64,000 nt of DNA from Rikenellaceae bacterium (GTDB lineage Bacteria > Bacteroidota > Bacteroidia > Bacteroidales > Rikenellaceae): contig JAGBFQ010000024.1 of the NCBI GenBank assembly GCA_017936385.1, forward strand, positions 4,927-68,926. Direction: 5' to 3'. The notes below the pieces were generated by a model, which was given only the letters and a program-made list of their open reading frames with translations, had not been told where the DNA came from and did not search any database. Within the stretch, counting starts at the first letter, position 1. Every line of letters begins with the position of its first letter. A program made the position numbers and the translations under genes. Positions 44,493 through 55,015 of the stretch are shown here, in pieces.

Positions 44493-45916
44493 TAAAATCT
44501 GAAATCTCGCTGGCCGAGCGAAATTTCGCCCAGACGTCGCTCGGTTATATCTCTTACTTTGTCCGAAGGAATCATCTTCAACTCGCGAGCAATCACATCC
44601 ACGCCCAAGCTACGGGTGTGCGGCGAGGCATAATCCTCCAAATACTCCTTGAGGGTCATCAGTGCATTCGGTCCACAGCAATTGCCTATCTTACCGCTCT
44701 TGGCCAACATCATAAAGCGGTCGCCCGTGCGTCCCTCGCGGTAACAGGCTGTGCAGAAACTTGGTACATAACCCAATTCCAACAGCCACGCCACAATCTC
44801 ATCCAATGAGCGTGTATCCGAAATGTCAAATTGAGCCGACCTATCGGCATCCTCAACTCCCTCGGCATAACCGCCCACGCTGGTACGCGAGCCGCCGCTG
44901 ATTTGCGACACACCCACATCCAATACCAACTCCCGTGAACGAGCCGACTCGCGGGTCGAAACAATCATTCCCGTATAAGGCACCGCCAAACGCAGCACCG
45001 CCACAATTCGACGGAATACCTCGTCGGTCACGGCATTGGGGAAGTCGGCCGGGTCGATGTCGTCGGCCGGACGTATGCGCGGAACGCTAATGGTGTGAGG
45101 TCCCACTCCGAAACGAGCCTCCAAGTGTTCGGCATGCATCAGCAGTCCCACCAAGTCATAGCGGTAGTTGGTCAATCCAAACAGTGCACCGATTCCCACA
45201 TCATCAATTCCACCCTCCATTGCGCGGTCCATAGCCTCGGTATGGTAGGCCCAATCGCTCTTGGGGCCCGTGGGGTGAAGTTGCTCATAGGTTGCGCGGT
45301 CATAGGTCTCCTCAAAGAGAATATAGGTTCCGATTCCCGCATCGCGCAGCAGTCGATAGTTTTCGACCGTAGTTGCGGCAATATTCACATTCACTCGGCG
45401 GATTGCTCCGTTGCGGTGGTGAATCGAGTAGATGGTATCAATCGACTCCAGCACATACTCAATGGGGCTTTGAATGGGGTGTTCGCCCGTTTCGAGCGCA
45501 AGGCGTTTGTGCCCCATATCCTGCAACGCGATAACCTCGCGGCGAATCTCCTCCTGCGAGAGTTTGCGACGCGGGATGGTACGGTTCTTGGCATGATAGG
45601 GACAATAGACGCAACCATTGATGCAATAGTTCGACAAGTACAACGGTGCAAACATCACAATACGGTTGCCATAGATGCGTTGTTTAATCTCTCGTGCCAA
45701 TTCAAACAAGCGTGCCACCTGCTCCTCGCGGTCGCACTCCATAAGCACCGCAGCCTCACGGTGTGTCAAACCTTTGTGCTCGGCGGCCTTTGAGAGTATC
45801 TCGTCCACCAGAGCCACATCATTTCGGTGGGCGGCGGCATACTCCAAAGTCGCCCTCACCTCGCCGTCGTGAATAAACTCGGCGGCGTGTTCCGATTTTA
45901 CGTTATATTCGACCAT
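44492..45916 (-). CDS. hydG: [FeFe]-hydrogenase maturase HydG (radical SAM tyrosine lyase)
   Basis: Radical SAM motif CINGCVYCPY and a C-terminal Cys cluster region (SFCTACYR). The internal Met (MVEYNV) is preferred because the ORF-track start at 45970 overlaps hydE. Confidence 0.9.
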   Translation of the reverse strand: MVEYNVKSEHAAEFIHDGEVRATLEYAAAHRNDVALVDEILSKAAEHKGLTHREAAVLMECDREEQVARLFELAREIKQRIYGNRIVMFAPLYLSNYCINGCVYCPYHAKNRTIPRRKLSQEEIRREVIALQDMGHKRLALETGEHPIQSPIEYVLESIDTIYSIHHRNGAIRRVNVNIAATTVENYRLLRDAGIGTYILFEETYDRATYEQLHPTGPKSDWAYHTEAMDRAMEGGIDDVGIGALFGLTNYRYDLVGLLMHAEHLEARFGVGPHTISVPRIRPADDIDPADFPNAVTDEVFRRIVAVLRLAVPYTGMIVSTRESARSRELVLDVGVSQISGGSRTSVGGYAEGVEDADRSAQFDISDTRSLDEIVAWLLELGYVPSFCTACYREGRTGDRFMMLAKSGKIGNCCGPNALMTLKEYLEDYASPHTRSLGVDVIARELKMIPSDKVRDITERRLGEISLGQRDFRF

Positions 45917-45935
45917 TTTTAGTTTCTCCTCAGTT

Positions 45936-46973
45936 TTATCGTTTGAAATCTCCACGTGCGTAATCCACATGGTAGCCGATTTCGTTCAACTCTTTTTCTA
46001 ATTGCGCCAGCCCCTCGGCAGCCTCGCTACCACTGCTGGCCTTGCCCTCATAGATGGCGTATTTACTCCTCACACTTCGGGGCGATAGGTTGGGCATCAC
46101 CACATTTGCACCCGAAAGTATTCCTTCGCGGCGTCCATTAGGCGCGAGTGTAGCCAACGCCGTTGTTGCTGGTATCAGAGTCCGCGGGAACATCAACCTT
46201 ACGACCGCCACCAAAAGCAGTGTCATTCGCAGACTTCCCGCCGAGTGCTCTCCCAATGGTGTATCTCGGTGGGGAATAAACGGGCCAATGCCTATCATCT
46301 CGGGATTCACCCGCTCCATAAACAGCAAATCCTCCACAAGCGACTCCACCGTCTGTCCGGGTACTCCGACCATCATACCCACACCCGTTTGGAATCCCAA
46401 CTCCTTTAGGTCGGCAATACACCTCAAACGTCTTTCCCACGACATCTCGCTCGGGTGCAGGCTCTCATATAGTGTTCGGTCTGCCGCCTCGTGACGCAAC
46501 AGATAGCGGTCGGCACCCGCCTGCCGCAACACCTCATAAGACTCCCTGCTACGTTCGCCCAACGACAATGTAACAGCCGCGCCCTCACACTCGCGTTTGA
46601 TTTGCCCTATGAGCCGCGTCAGCCTTGCATCCGTCCACACAGCATCCTCGCCCCCCTGCAACACAAAGGTCCTAAAACCTGCGGCATAGCCCTCACGACA
46701 GCACTCCAAAATCTGCTCATCACTGAGGCGGTATCTCTCGGCTCGGGTGTTGCTACGTCGGAGTCCGCAATACAAACAGTCGTTACGACAGACACTTCCA
46801 ACCTCAACAAGTCCCCTCACATAAATGCCGCGTCCGAACTGCTCACATGCAGTTCGGACAGCTTCATGGCGCAAAAAACCAAGAGTCGGGTCGTCACACT
46901 CGGCAAGGAGCGTGCGGTAGCCCGCGGCGTCAAGTCTGTGCGTGCGGGTCAGACGTTCGGCCAACTCTTTCAT
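45936..46973 (-). CDS. hydE: [FeFe]-hydrogenase maturase HydE (radical SAM)
   Basis: 345 aa. Motif CRNDCLYCGLR with BioB-like architecture, adjacent to hydG and hydF. Confidence 0.9.
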   Translation of the reverse strand: MKELAERLTRTHRLDAAGYRTLLAECDDPTLGFLRHEAVRTACEQFGRGIYVRGLVEVGSVCRNDCLYCGLRRSNTRAERYRLSDEQILECCREGYAAGFRTFVLQGGEDAVWTDARLTRLIGQIKRECEGAAVTLSLGERSRESYEVLRQAGADRYLLRHEAADRTLYESLHPSEMSWERRLRCIADLKELGFQTGVGMMVGVPGQTVESLVEDLLFMERVNPEMIGIGPFIPHRDTPLGEHSAGSLRMTLLLVAVVRLMFPRTLIPATTALATLAPNGRREGILSGANVVMPNLSPRSVRSKYAIYEGKASSGSEAAEGLAQLEKELNEIGYHVDYARGDFKR

Positions 46974-46990
46974 TTATAGCGAAGTTTATT

Positions 46991-48433
46991 CTATCGTTTC
47001 AACAACTCCTTGTTATAGGTTTGACGACCGGCCTCAAATGTAGTGTGGGTACTCGGACCCGAGATACATCCACCCTCACAAGCCATAACCTCGATGAATT
47101 GGGCAGGCACTTTGGCGGGTACTTTGCCATAAACCTTCATCAAGCCGACATTCTTCTTGGTAAGTGGCGACACCAGCGCGTTGGTAAACTCAAAAGCACC
47201 TCCGACGTGTGCCTTAACAGCGGCGGTAACACCACCCGTTGCTGCAAAACCGTGAGCCGTGCGAATCGAGGTGAACGGAATCTGGTAAACTCTCTTTTCG
47301 TTCATATCAATACCCATACCGTCGAAGATTGCGTGCAACTCCTCGAAAGTCATCACATAGCTTACCAAGTCATCCTTGCGCGCCTCTTTACGTTTGGCGA
47401 TACACGGGCCTACGAACACCAATTTGGCGTCGGGGTATTTCTCACGTGCGATTTCGGCGGTATAGTACATCGGCGAGCGAGTCGTCGAGATGTATTTCTT
47501 CAATTCGGGGGCGTGCTTCTCGGCCATCTCGATGTATGCGGGGCAACACGAGGTGGTCATAAACGGAGCACCCTCCTCCATACGCTCTTTGAACTCGGCA
47601 GTCTCTTTCTCGGTGGTAACCATAGCGCCCTGAGCTACCTCAATTACATCGGTAAAGCCGATAGCCTTGATAGCACCATATACCTGCTCGGTAGGAACGT
47701 TATATTGCGACAGCACTGCGGGGGCAACCATAGCCACCACTTGTTCGCCGCGGCGAATGCTTTGCAGAATATCGAACACTTGCGAAATCTCGAAAATAGC
47801 ACCGAACGGGCAACTATTCAGACACTTTCCGCAATAGATACACTTCGACTCGTCGATATGCTCCACGCCATACTCGTCTTTGGTAATTGCACCCACAGGA
47901 CACGACTCTTCGCACGGAACGGGAATATAAACGAGTGCGTGATAGGGGCAGTTCTCGAAACACTTACCGCAGCTGATACAGATACTGTGGTTGATGCGTC
48001 CCTGACTTGTCTCGGGGTCAAACTCGATGGCGTTCTTGGGGCAAGCACTTGCACAAGCACGAGCCACACAACCACGACACAAGTTAGTAATATTGTAGTT
48101 GGTGCGCACACACGACGAACAAGCCTCGTCAATCACGCACATGATATTCTCTTTAAGTTTGTCACGTTTGAGCGCTTGGCGGGCGTACTCCGACAGAGGG
48201 GTAAGTTCGTCCGTTTCGTCGCTCATATCGAATCCCATCAGCGGGAGCGATTTGTATTTCCATACAGCTCTCTCTTTGTGCACACAGCAACGGCCCAACA
48301 CTTTGGAGCGTTTGGGGCTAAGTTCGATGGGCAGTCGGTCGATTTCCTCTACAAGTTTGTTTTCATTCCACAGTTTGATGAGTTTGGTCAACAATCTTTG
48401 TCGAACAATCATCACATTATTCTTAATTGCCAT
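46991..48433 (-). CDS. hydA: [FeFe] hydrogenase catalytic subunit with ferredoxin-like 4Fe-4S domains
   Basis: H-cluster motifs TSCCPAY, GPCIAKRKE and MACEGGCISGP, plus CxxCxxCxxxCP motifs (CISCGKCFENCP, CIYCGKCLNSCP). The start is taken at the internal Met (MAIKNN). Confidence 0.85.
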   Translation of the reverse strand: MAIKNNVMIVRQRLLTKLIKLWNENKLVEEIDRLPIELSPKRSKVLGRCCVHKERAVWKYKSLPLMGFDMSDETDELTPLSEYARQALKRDKLKENIMCVIDEACSSCVRTNYNITNLCRGCVARACASACPKNAIEFDPETSQGRINHSICISCGKCFENCPYHALVYIPVPCEESCPVGAITKDEYGVEHIDESKCIYCGKCLNSCPFGAIFEISQVFDILQSIRRGEQVVAMVAPAVLSQYNVPTEQVYGAIKAIGFTDVIEVAQGAMVTTEKETAEFKERMEEGAPFMTTSCCPAYIEMAEKHAPELKKYISTTRSPMYYTAEIAREKYPDAKLVFVGPCIAKRKEARKDDLVSYVMTFEELHAIFDGMGIDMNEKRVYQIPFTSIRTAHGFAATGGVTAAVKAHVGGAFEFTNALVSPLTKKNVGLMKVYGKVPAKVPAQFIEVMACEGGCISGPSTHTTFEAGRQTYNKELLKR

Positions 48434-48555
48434 AACGGGTTTTTCGTTTATGTTTGCCGCGAAGATACCATTTTTTATGCAAATAAAAAAGAGTTGCCCG
48501 ACAAAACTTGTCAAACAACTCCACATACACCCAAATGTGTATAAAACAAGAGGTC

Positions 48556-49845
48556 TTACAAACCAAATTTGGCCTTGATTTCATCCACGCAATCCAGGCG
48601 TTCCCAACCGAAATACTCGATTTCGCGCTCAACCTGTTTGCCGCCCTCCCAGAACTTCTCGACAGCCTTGTAGGGACGGTTACCGAAGTGACCATACGAT
48701 GCTGTTGCCTCGAAAATGGGGTTCTTCAGACCAAAGCGTTTAACAATCGCTGCGGGACGCAGGTCGAACATCTCGGCTACCTTCTCGGCAACCTCACCGT
48801 CGGTCATCTCTACCTTCGAGGTGCCATAGGTATCAACATACACGCTCAGAGGTTGTGCTATACCGATTGCATAGGAGAGTTGAACCAAAATCTCGTCAGC
48901 AACGCCTGCTGCTACCATATTTTTGGCAATATGGCGAGCTGCGTATGCTGCCGAACGGTCGACCTTCGACGAGTCCTTACCCGAGAATGCACCGCCACCG
49001 TGTGCGCCACGGCCACCATAGGTGTCGACGATAATCTTACGGCCGGTCAGACCCGTATCACCGTGCGGGCCACCAATCACAAACTTACCGGTGGGGTTTA
49101 CGTGCAGGATATAGTTGTCATCGATGAGTTCCGAGAGTTTATCACCTGCACGCTCCAGACGAGCCTTCACTCGAGGAATCAGAATGTTGCGAACATCCTC
49201 TTTGATGATGCGGCCCATCTCCTCCTCGGCTTGTTTGTCGGTGCGGCCCTCACCGGCTACCACAAAATCGTCGTGTTGGGTCGAAACCACAATGGTGTGA
49301 ACACGTACGGGTTTGTTATCGTCGCCGTACTCGATGGTAACTTGGCTCTTCGAGTCGGGACGCAAGTAGGTCATCACCTTACCCTCGCGGCGAATTACCG
49401 CCAACTCTTTGAGGATAACGTGTGCCAGAATCAGCGTTGCGGGCATATACTCTTTGGTCTCGCTCGAGGCGTAACCGAACATAATACCTTGGTCACCTGC
49501 GCCTTGGTCCTCGTCTTTCTCGCGCACAACGCCTTGGTTGATATCGGAGCTTTGCTCGTGGATAGCCGAGAGGATACCGCACGAATTGCCGTCAAATTGA
49601 TACTCGCTCTTGGTGTAGCCGATACGGTTGATAACGCCGCGTGCAACGCTCTGAACATCGACATATGCATCGCTGCGCACCTCACCTGCAACTACCACCA
49701 TACCTGTGGTGCAGAGGGTTTCGCAAGCTACTTTCGAATTGGGGTCATGACGAAGGAACTCGTCAAGAATGGCGTCCGAAATTTGGTCGGATACTTTGTC
49801 GGGATGTCCCTCGGACACCGACTCTGATGTAAACAAAAATCCCAT
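48556..49845 (-). CDS. metK: S-adenosylmethionine synthetase
   Basis: 429 aa. Motifs [19 protein letters not shown] and GGGAFSGKD. Confidence 0.97.
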   Translation of the reverse strand: MGFLFTSESVSEGHPDKVSDQISDAILDEFLRHDPNSKVACETLCTTGMVVVAGEVRSDAYVDVQSVARGVINRIGYTKSEYQFDGNSCGILSAIHEQSSDINQGVVREKDEDQGAGDQGIMFGYASSETKEYMPATLILAHVILKELAVIRREGKVMTYLRPDSKSQVTIEYGDDNKPVRVHTIVVSTQHDDFVVAGEGRTDKQAEEEMGRIIKEDVRNILIPRVKARLERAGDKLSELIDDNYILHVNPTGKFVIGGPHGDTGLTGRKIIVDTYGGRGAHGGGAFSGKDSSKVDRSAAYAARHIAKNMVAAGVADEILVQLSYAIGIAQPLSVYVDTYGTSKVEMTDGEVAEKVAEMFDLRPAAIVKRFGLKNPIFEATASYGHFGNRPYKAVEKFWEGGKQVEREIEYFGWERLDCVDEIKAKFGL

Positions 49846-49976
49846 CTTTCAATCAGTTTTTTGAGTATTAAACGTATTTAAAGTGGGAAAAATTGGCTGG
49901 CTGTATAAAAGAATGCTGTTTTAGCGTTTTTTTATTGTGGTTGCAATCAGTCCAAATCTTTCCACATTTTCGGCCG

Positions 49977-49984
49977 CAAAGGTA
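49977..49984 (-). promoter_or_regulatory. candidate -7 box for metK
   Basis: Plus-strand CAAAGGTA equals TACCTTTG on the minus strand (TAnnTTTG). It would leave a ~125-nt leader. Confidence 0.35.
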
Positions 49985-50127
49985 ACCATTTTTTGCGAAA
50001 AAAAAACTTTTTTCGGCCGTTTTACAAAATATTCCGCACATCTTATCAGTTATACTTGCAACCAACACACAGTATGCCTATTGACAAACTCGACTTTTGC
50101 GTAAAACAACAAACACAAGAGAAAAGT

Positions 50128-51543
50128 ATGAAAAACAATTTTTTATCAACCTTTGCGACCATTGCTCTGTCGGCCGCAGTGGGAGGCGGTGTGGGATACT
50201 TCGCCTCGCAAAACAACGCTCAAATCAGTTCGTGGTACAACACTATTAATAATATGGGCGACACAACCGGGGTCACCAACGGCAGCAATGCCGACACCTA
50301 TTTTGCATCGCTATCCAACGAGTCGGCTCTCGAGTACCCCGACTTGACGGCTGCTGCCGAGCGTGGAGTTCGCGCTGTGGTGAGCGTAGTCAAGACCGAG
50401 GAAGTTGCCATGTCGCAGGATTGGAATCCGTTTTTCGGGTTCTTCGGTGCCCCACAATACGGAGGTGAAGGTTCGCGCAGTCAAACCTCATCGGGTTCGG
50501 GTGTGATTCTCTCGCCCGACGGCTACATCGTAACCAACAACCACGTTGTGGAGAACGCCTCGTCACTCAAGGTGCGCCTGAATGATGGACAAAACTTCGA
50601 GGCTCGAATCATCGGCACAGACCCCACTACCGACATTGCCCTTATCAAGATTGACGCTGAGGGACTCCCCACCCTACCCTTCGGAAGTTCGGATGCGCTG
50701 CGTCTGGGCGAATGGGTGTTGGCAATAGGCAGCCCCTACGACCTGCAATCGACCGTTACGGCGGGTATCGTAAGTGCCAAAGCACGCACGCTGAGGGTTA
50801 TTCCCAACGCATTCAGCATTGAGTCGTTCATCCAAACCGACGCCGCGGTGAATCCCGGTAACTCGGGCGGTGCGTTGGTCAACTCACGAGGCGAACTTAT
50901 CGGAATCAACACCGTAATCAAATCGCCCACGGGAAGTTATGCGGGTTACTCGTTTGCCGTGCCCGAGACCATCGTTCAAAAAGTAGTGGCCGACCTCAAG
51001 GAGTTTGGCGTTGTACAACGTGCATTACTCGGTATTTCGTACCGCGTAATCGACCAACAATTCATCGACGAGATGGGTTCCAAGCTCGGCATTGACGCTG
51101 TGGGTGGTGTCTATGTGGCCGAGGTCGACCCCAACGGAGCCGCCAAGAGTGCAGGTATCCAATCGGGTGACATAATTGTCGAGATTGACGGTACACCGAT
51201 TAACTCGCAAGCCTCGCTTTCGGAACTTGTCGGACGCCGTCGCCCGGGCGATAAAATCACGGTTGTGGTAAAAAGAGATAAAAAAGTGAAACCTTTTGAA
51301 GTAGTTTTGCGTAATAAGACAGGAAAGACAGAATTGACATCGCAAACCGACGCCGAAACCGCTCTGGGAGGTGCGTTTTTGGAGTTGGACGGAAAGAGCC
51401 TTAAGGAGTATGGCGTCAAGGGCGGTGTAAGAGTAACCGAGGTGCAGCCCGGAGGTGTGTTGAGCAATGCCGGTATTCGCAAGGGATACATCATTACGCA
51501 CATCAACGAAAAACCCATTCGCTCGATTCGTGACATTCAATAA
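50128..51543 (+). CDS. htrA: HtrA/DegQ-family periplasmic serine protease with two PDZ domains (C-terminus cut by an in-frame TAA)
   Basis: 471 aa from the internal Met (MKNNFLSTFATIAL). Catalytic triad context TNNHVV / TDIALIKI / GNSGGALVN, followed by two PDZ-like regions. Confidence 0.9.
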   Translation: MKNNFLSTFATIALSAAVGGGVGYFASQNNAQISSWYNTINNMGDTTGVTNGSNADTYFASLSNESALEYPDLTAAAERGVRAVVSVVKTEEVAMSQDWNPFFGFFGAPQYGGEGSRSQTSSGSGVILSPDGYIVTNNHVVENASSLKVRLNDGQNFEARIIGTDPTTDIALIKIDAEGLPTLPFGSSDALRLGEWVLAIGSPYDLQSTVTAGIVSAKARTLRVIPNAFSIESFIQTDAAVNPGNSGGALVNSRGELIGINTVIKSPTGSYAGYSFAVPETIVQKVVADLKEFGVVQRALLGISYRVIDQQFIDEMGSKLGIDAVGGVYVAEVDPNGAAKSAGIQSGDIIVEIDGTPINSQASLSELVGRRRPGDKITVVVKRDKKVKPFEVVLRNKTGKTELTSQTDAETALGGAFLELDGKSLKEYGVKGGVRVTEVQPGGVLSNAGIRKGYIITHINEKPIRSIRDIQ

Positions 51544-51643
51544 ATTGAGGGCAAAATCACACTGATTGAGGGTTTCTACCCGGGTGGACGCAGTATCGGC
51601 TACGTGATAGTGGAAAAATAATAGTAGAAAGAAACAAGAATAG

Positions 51644-52504
51644 ATGAGACAGCTTAAAATCACAAAATCAATCACGAACCGCGAAAGCGCTTCGCTTGAC
51701 AAGTACTTACAGGAAATCGGCAAAGAGGACTTGATTTCGGTGGAGGAAGAGGTAGAACTCGCCCAACGTATCAAAAAAGGTGACCAAGAGGCTCTTGAAA
51801 AACTGACAAAAGCAAACCTGCGTTTCGTGGTGTCGGTGGCCAAGCAGTACCAAAACCAAGGACTCAGCCTGCCAGACTTGATTAACGAAGGTAACCTCGG
51901 ATTGATTAAAGCTGCCGAAAAATTTGATGAAACACGTGGTTTCAAATTCATTTCGTATGCCGTGTGGTGGATTCGTCAATCTATTCTGCAGGCTCTGGCC
52001 GAGCAGTCGCGTATCGTGCGTTTGCCGCTCAACCAAGTGGGCTCGCTCAACAAAATCAACAAGGCGTTTGCGCGCTTTGAGCAGGAGAACGAACGTACCC
52101 CCTCGCCCGAGGAGTTGGCTCAAGCGTTGGACCTGCCCAAAGAGAAGGTTACCGATACCATGAGAGTTGCCGGTCGCCACGTTTCGGTGGACGCGCCGTT
52201 TGCCGATGGCGAGGACAACAACCTGTTGGATGTGTTGGTAAATGCCGATTCGCCCAATGCCGACCGCGGATTGATTAACGAGTCGCTTTCGACCGAAGTT
52301 GAACGTGCGTTGGCTACGCTGACCGACCGCGAGAGAGATATTGTTAAGTACTTCTTCGGTATCGGTTGCCAAGAGATGACCCTTGAGGAGATTGGCGACA
52401 AGTTTGGTCTGACCCGTGAGCGCGTACGCCAAATCAAGGAGAAGGCTATCCGCCGTCTGCGTCAGAACTCGCGTAGCAAATTGCTGAAGTCGTATCTTGG
52501 TTAG
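51644..52504 (+). CDS. rpoD: primary RNA polymerase sigma factor (Bacteroidetes sigma-A)
   Basis: 286 aa. Region 2 ([21 protein letters not shown]) and region 4 ([24 protein letters not shown]). Confidence 0.95.
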   Translation: MRQLKITKSITNRESASLDKYLQEIGKEDLISVEEEVELAQRIKKGDQEALEKLTKANLRFVVSVAKQYQNQGLSLPDLINEGNLGLIKAAEKFDETRGFKFISYAVWWIRQSILQALAEQSRIVRLPLNQVGSLNKINKAFARFEQENERTPSPEELAQALDLPKEKVTDTMRVAGRHVSVDAPFADGEDNNLLDVLVNADSPNADRGLINESLSTEVERALATLTDRERDIVKYFFGIGCQEMTLEEIGDKFGLTRERVRQIKEKAIRRLRQNSRSKLLKSYLG

Positions 52505-52521
52505 GCTTCGGGGTACTAAAG

Positions 52522-52565
52522 AAAAGAGCGTGTCCAACAAGTTTTTGGACACGCTCTTTTCTGTC
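52522..52565 (+). terminator. rho-independent terminator after rpoD
   Basis: AAAAGAGCGTGTCCAA / TTGGACACGCTCTTTT is a 16-bp stem followed by a T-rich run. Confidence 0.85.
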
Positions 52566-52692
52566 GGAAGTTGTATAACAAGAGGGATTTCAAGGCTTGC
52601 AAAGCCCGAAAAAGCGCAGTTTACTAAAGTGTAAATGAGCATTTTGAGGGCGAGCGTAACGAAGAAATCACCTTGTTAGACAACTTCCTTTT

Positions 52693-53388
52693 TTATGCCA
52701 ACTCCTTGAGCACCTCTACTAACTGCGGAACTCCTTCGGCCGCTCGCTCCTTGATGTGGTAAATCTTGTTGCGGATAAGTCCCGTCGAAGGATTGCCTGG
52801 GTCTACCAAATAGATGGGTACATCCTTATCAACATACATCACAAGTGACGCCGCAGGATAGACTCCGAGCGAGGTTCCGACCACAACCATCAGGTCGGCC
52901 GAACGCGCAATCTCACAACAACGGTCGAACATCGGAACAGACTCACCGAAGAACACAATATGCGGTCGTAACAATGCGCCATCGGGGGCTGTGGCATCCA
53001 GAGATTGTTCCCAGCCGTCAATGGGCACGATAAGTTCGGGGTTACGCGAACTGCGAAGTTTGGTTAGCTCGCCATGCAGGTGGGTCACGTGGCTACTTCC
53101 GGCACGTTCGTGGTAGTTGTCGACATTTTGCGTCACAACCTCCACATCAAACCACTGCTCAAGGTCGCGTATGGCGTAGTGTCCCGCGTTAGGTTCGTGC
53201 GACATCATCTCGCGGCGTCGCATATTATAGAACTCCACAACCTTGGCACGGTCGGCCGCCAAAGCCTCGGGGGTACACACCTCCTCGATACGATACGACG
53301 CCCAAAGGCCGTCACTGTCGCGGAAAGTTGCGAGTCCACTGTCCGCACTCATTCCCGCACCCGTAAATACAACAAGTCTCTTTTTCAC
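52693..53388 (-). CDS. cobB: NAD-dependent protein deacylase (Sir2 family)
   Basis: 231 aa. Motifs GAGMSADSGLATFR, QNVDNYHERAG and HLHGEL. Confidence 0.9.
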   Translation of the reverse strand: MKKRLVVFTGAGMSADSGLATFRDSDGLWASYRIEEVCTPEALAADRAKVVEFYNMRRREMMSHEPNAGHYAIRDLEQWFDVEVVTQNVDNYHERAGSSHVTHLHGELTKLRSSRNPELIVPIDGWEQSLDATAPDGALLRPHIVFFGESVPMFDRCCEIARSADLMVVVGTSLGVYPAASLVMYVDKDVPIYLVDPGNPSTGLIRNKIYHIKERAAEGVPQLVEVLKELA

Positions 53389-53394
53389 ACCAAA

Positions 53395-54750
53395 CTACAA
53401 CTTAAACAGTCCCAATTCATTAACGAATACAAGGGTTATAAGAATCGGAATGACATATTTCAGCGCCACGACCCACACCTTGGCCAATCGCCAGCGCAGG
53501 GTTCCGTGGTTTGTCACCTCGTTGATGAGCTCCGACTTATCCAATCGCCAGCCCATGAACACACACAGAAGCAGGCTACCCAGCGGCATCATAATCTTGG
53601 CGGTCACATAGTCCAAAAGGTCGAACAGACACATACCCGCAATCTGCACGTCATTCATCACGCCCAAACTCAGCGAAGCAAACACAGCCAGCACCGCCGC
53701 AAGGCACGACACAACAAGTGCCGACTTACGATTCGAGAGTCTGAACTCCTCTTCGACATAGGCTGTCACCACTTGATGCAACGAAATCAACGAAGTGATA
53801 GAGGCCAAAGCCAACAGCAGAAAGAAGAAGAATGACCACACCGAACCCCAAGGCAGTTGGGCAAAGATATTAGGCAGAGTGACAAATACAAGATTCGGGC
53901 CTTGAGTGGGCTCGATTCCGAAAGTAAACACAGCAGGAAAAATCACAACACCAGCCAGCAGCGCAACCGAGGTATCGAGCAGACTCACGGTGGTAACCGT
54001 ACGCGGCAGGTTGACATCCTTCTCGAAGTAGGATGCATAGGTAATCATCACACCTGCGCCCAAACTCAGCGAGAAGAAGGCTTGCCCCATGGCACTCAGT
54101 ACAACACTCGAATTGATGGCCGAGAAGTCGGGTTTGAACAGAAACGACAGGCCCTCGCGTGCGCCGTCCAACGTCAGCGAGTTGCCACACAGCACCACCA
54201 ACAGCACAAACAACAAGGGCATCATGAATTTCGATGCTCGTTCGATACCCTTCTGCACACCACCTATAATAATAAGGTGAGTTATCAGGAACATCAGCAC
54301 CGTCCAAAATATAGGTTGGAAAGGTGAGGAAGAGAACTCAACGAACGATTGAGAAAATTGTTCGCTGGTCATTCCCTCTATTCCACCCGACACCGACTCC
54401 CACATATATTGGAATGTCCAACCTGCCACCACGGTATAGAAACCGAGAATCAACAAGCAAGAGAACACTCCCAAGTAGCCAATTCGGCTGAATACAGGGT
54501 GACTGCTCATACGACGAAAGGCCTCCACCGAGTTTGTTTTGGCCATACGACCGAGTGTCATTTCGGCCATCAGTGTGGGAATACCGAGGATAAAGACACA
54601 AATCAAGTAGACCAACAAGAAAGCACCTCCGCCATTCTGTCCCGCCTCGTAGGGGAATCTCCAGATATTACCGAGTCCGACGGCACTGCCTACGGCCGCC
54701 ATGATAATACCAATTTTACTCTTAAAAGTTGCGCGTGAATCACTATTCAT
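53395..54750 (-). CDS. sodium-dependent transporter (SNF / neurotransmitter:sodium symporter family)
   Basis: GLGNIWRFPY signature and ~12 TM helices. The start is taken at the internal Met (MNSDSRATF). Confidence 0.9.
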   Translation of the reverse strand: MNSDSRATFKSKIGIIMAAVGSAVGLGNIWRFPYEAGQNGGGAFLLVYLICVFILGIPTLMAEMTLGRMAKTNSVEAFRRMSSHPVFSRIGYLGVFSCLLILGFYTVVAGWTFQYMWESVSGGIEGMTSEQFSQSFVEFSSSPFQPIFWTVLMFLITHLIIIGGVQKGIERASKFMMPLLFVLLVVLCGNSLTLDGAREGLSFLFKPDFSAINSSVVLSAMGQAFFSLSLGAGVMITYASYFEKDVNLPRTVTTVSLLDTSVALLAGVVIFPAVFTFGIEPTQGPNLVFVTLPNIFAQLPWGSVWSFFFFLLLALASITSLISLHQVVTAYVEEEFRLSNRKSALVVSCLAAVLAVFASLSLGVMNDVQIAGMCLFDLLDYVTAKIMMPLGSLLLCVFMGWRLDKSELINEVTNHGTLRWRLAKVWVVALKYVIPILITLVFVNELGLFKL

Positions 54751-54803
54751 AAGGTTCAAAATTTGGGTTACGGGACAAAAATACAAAAAAATACCGAAAA
54801 AAG

Positions 54804-54834
54804 TTTGCAGGTATCAAAATTTGTCGTATATTTG
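54804..54834 (+). promoter_or_regulatory. consensus Bacteroides promoter for tRNA-Gln
   Basis: TTTG (54804-54807), a 19-nt spacer, then TATATTTG (54827-54834). It lies ~20 nt upstream of the tRNA 5-prime end. Confidence 0.7.
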
Positions 54835-54854
54835 CATCGCTTTTCCAAGCTAAT

Positions 54855-54925
54855 TGAGCTATGGTGTAATGGTAACACTGCAGATTTTGGTTCTGTCATT
54901 CTTGGTTCGAATCCAGGTAGCTCAA
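54855..54925 (+). tRNA. tRNA-Gln (anticodon UUG)
   Basis: Hand-folded cloverleaf. Acceptor TGAGCTA/TAGCTCA, D-arm GTGT-AATGGTA-ACAC, anticodon arm GCAGA-TTTTGGT-TCTGT (TTG at positions 34-36), T-arm CTTGG-TTCGAAT-CCAGG, discriminator A, no encoded CCA. Confidence 0.9.
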
Positions 54926-55015
54926 CACAAAAGACACCCCGAGGGCCGATTTAATGGTACGGAGTGTCTTTTTTGTGTTTGTACGCCACTACGTATTTAA
55001 CGAAACCGAAACTAT

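Noticed and set aside
49846-49990. Possible SAM riboswitch in the ~125-nt leader upstream of metK.
   Set aside because: I could not identify conserved SAM-I or SAM-II helices or core nucleotides by eye. Only a candidate -7 box is reported. A covariance-model scan (Rfam) would be needed.
54855-54925. tRNA-Gln as an integration site for the island or another element.
   Set aside because: It is 22 kb from the island. It is flanked by ordinary genes, with its own consensus promoter and no integrase or repeated tRNA 3-prime fragment nearby.
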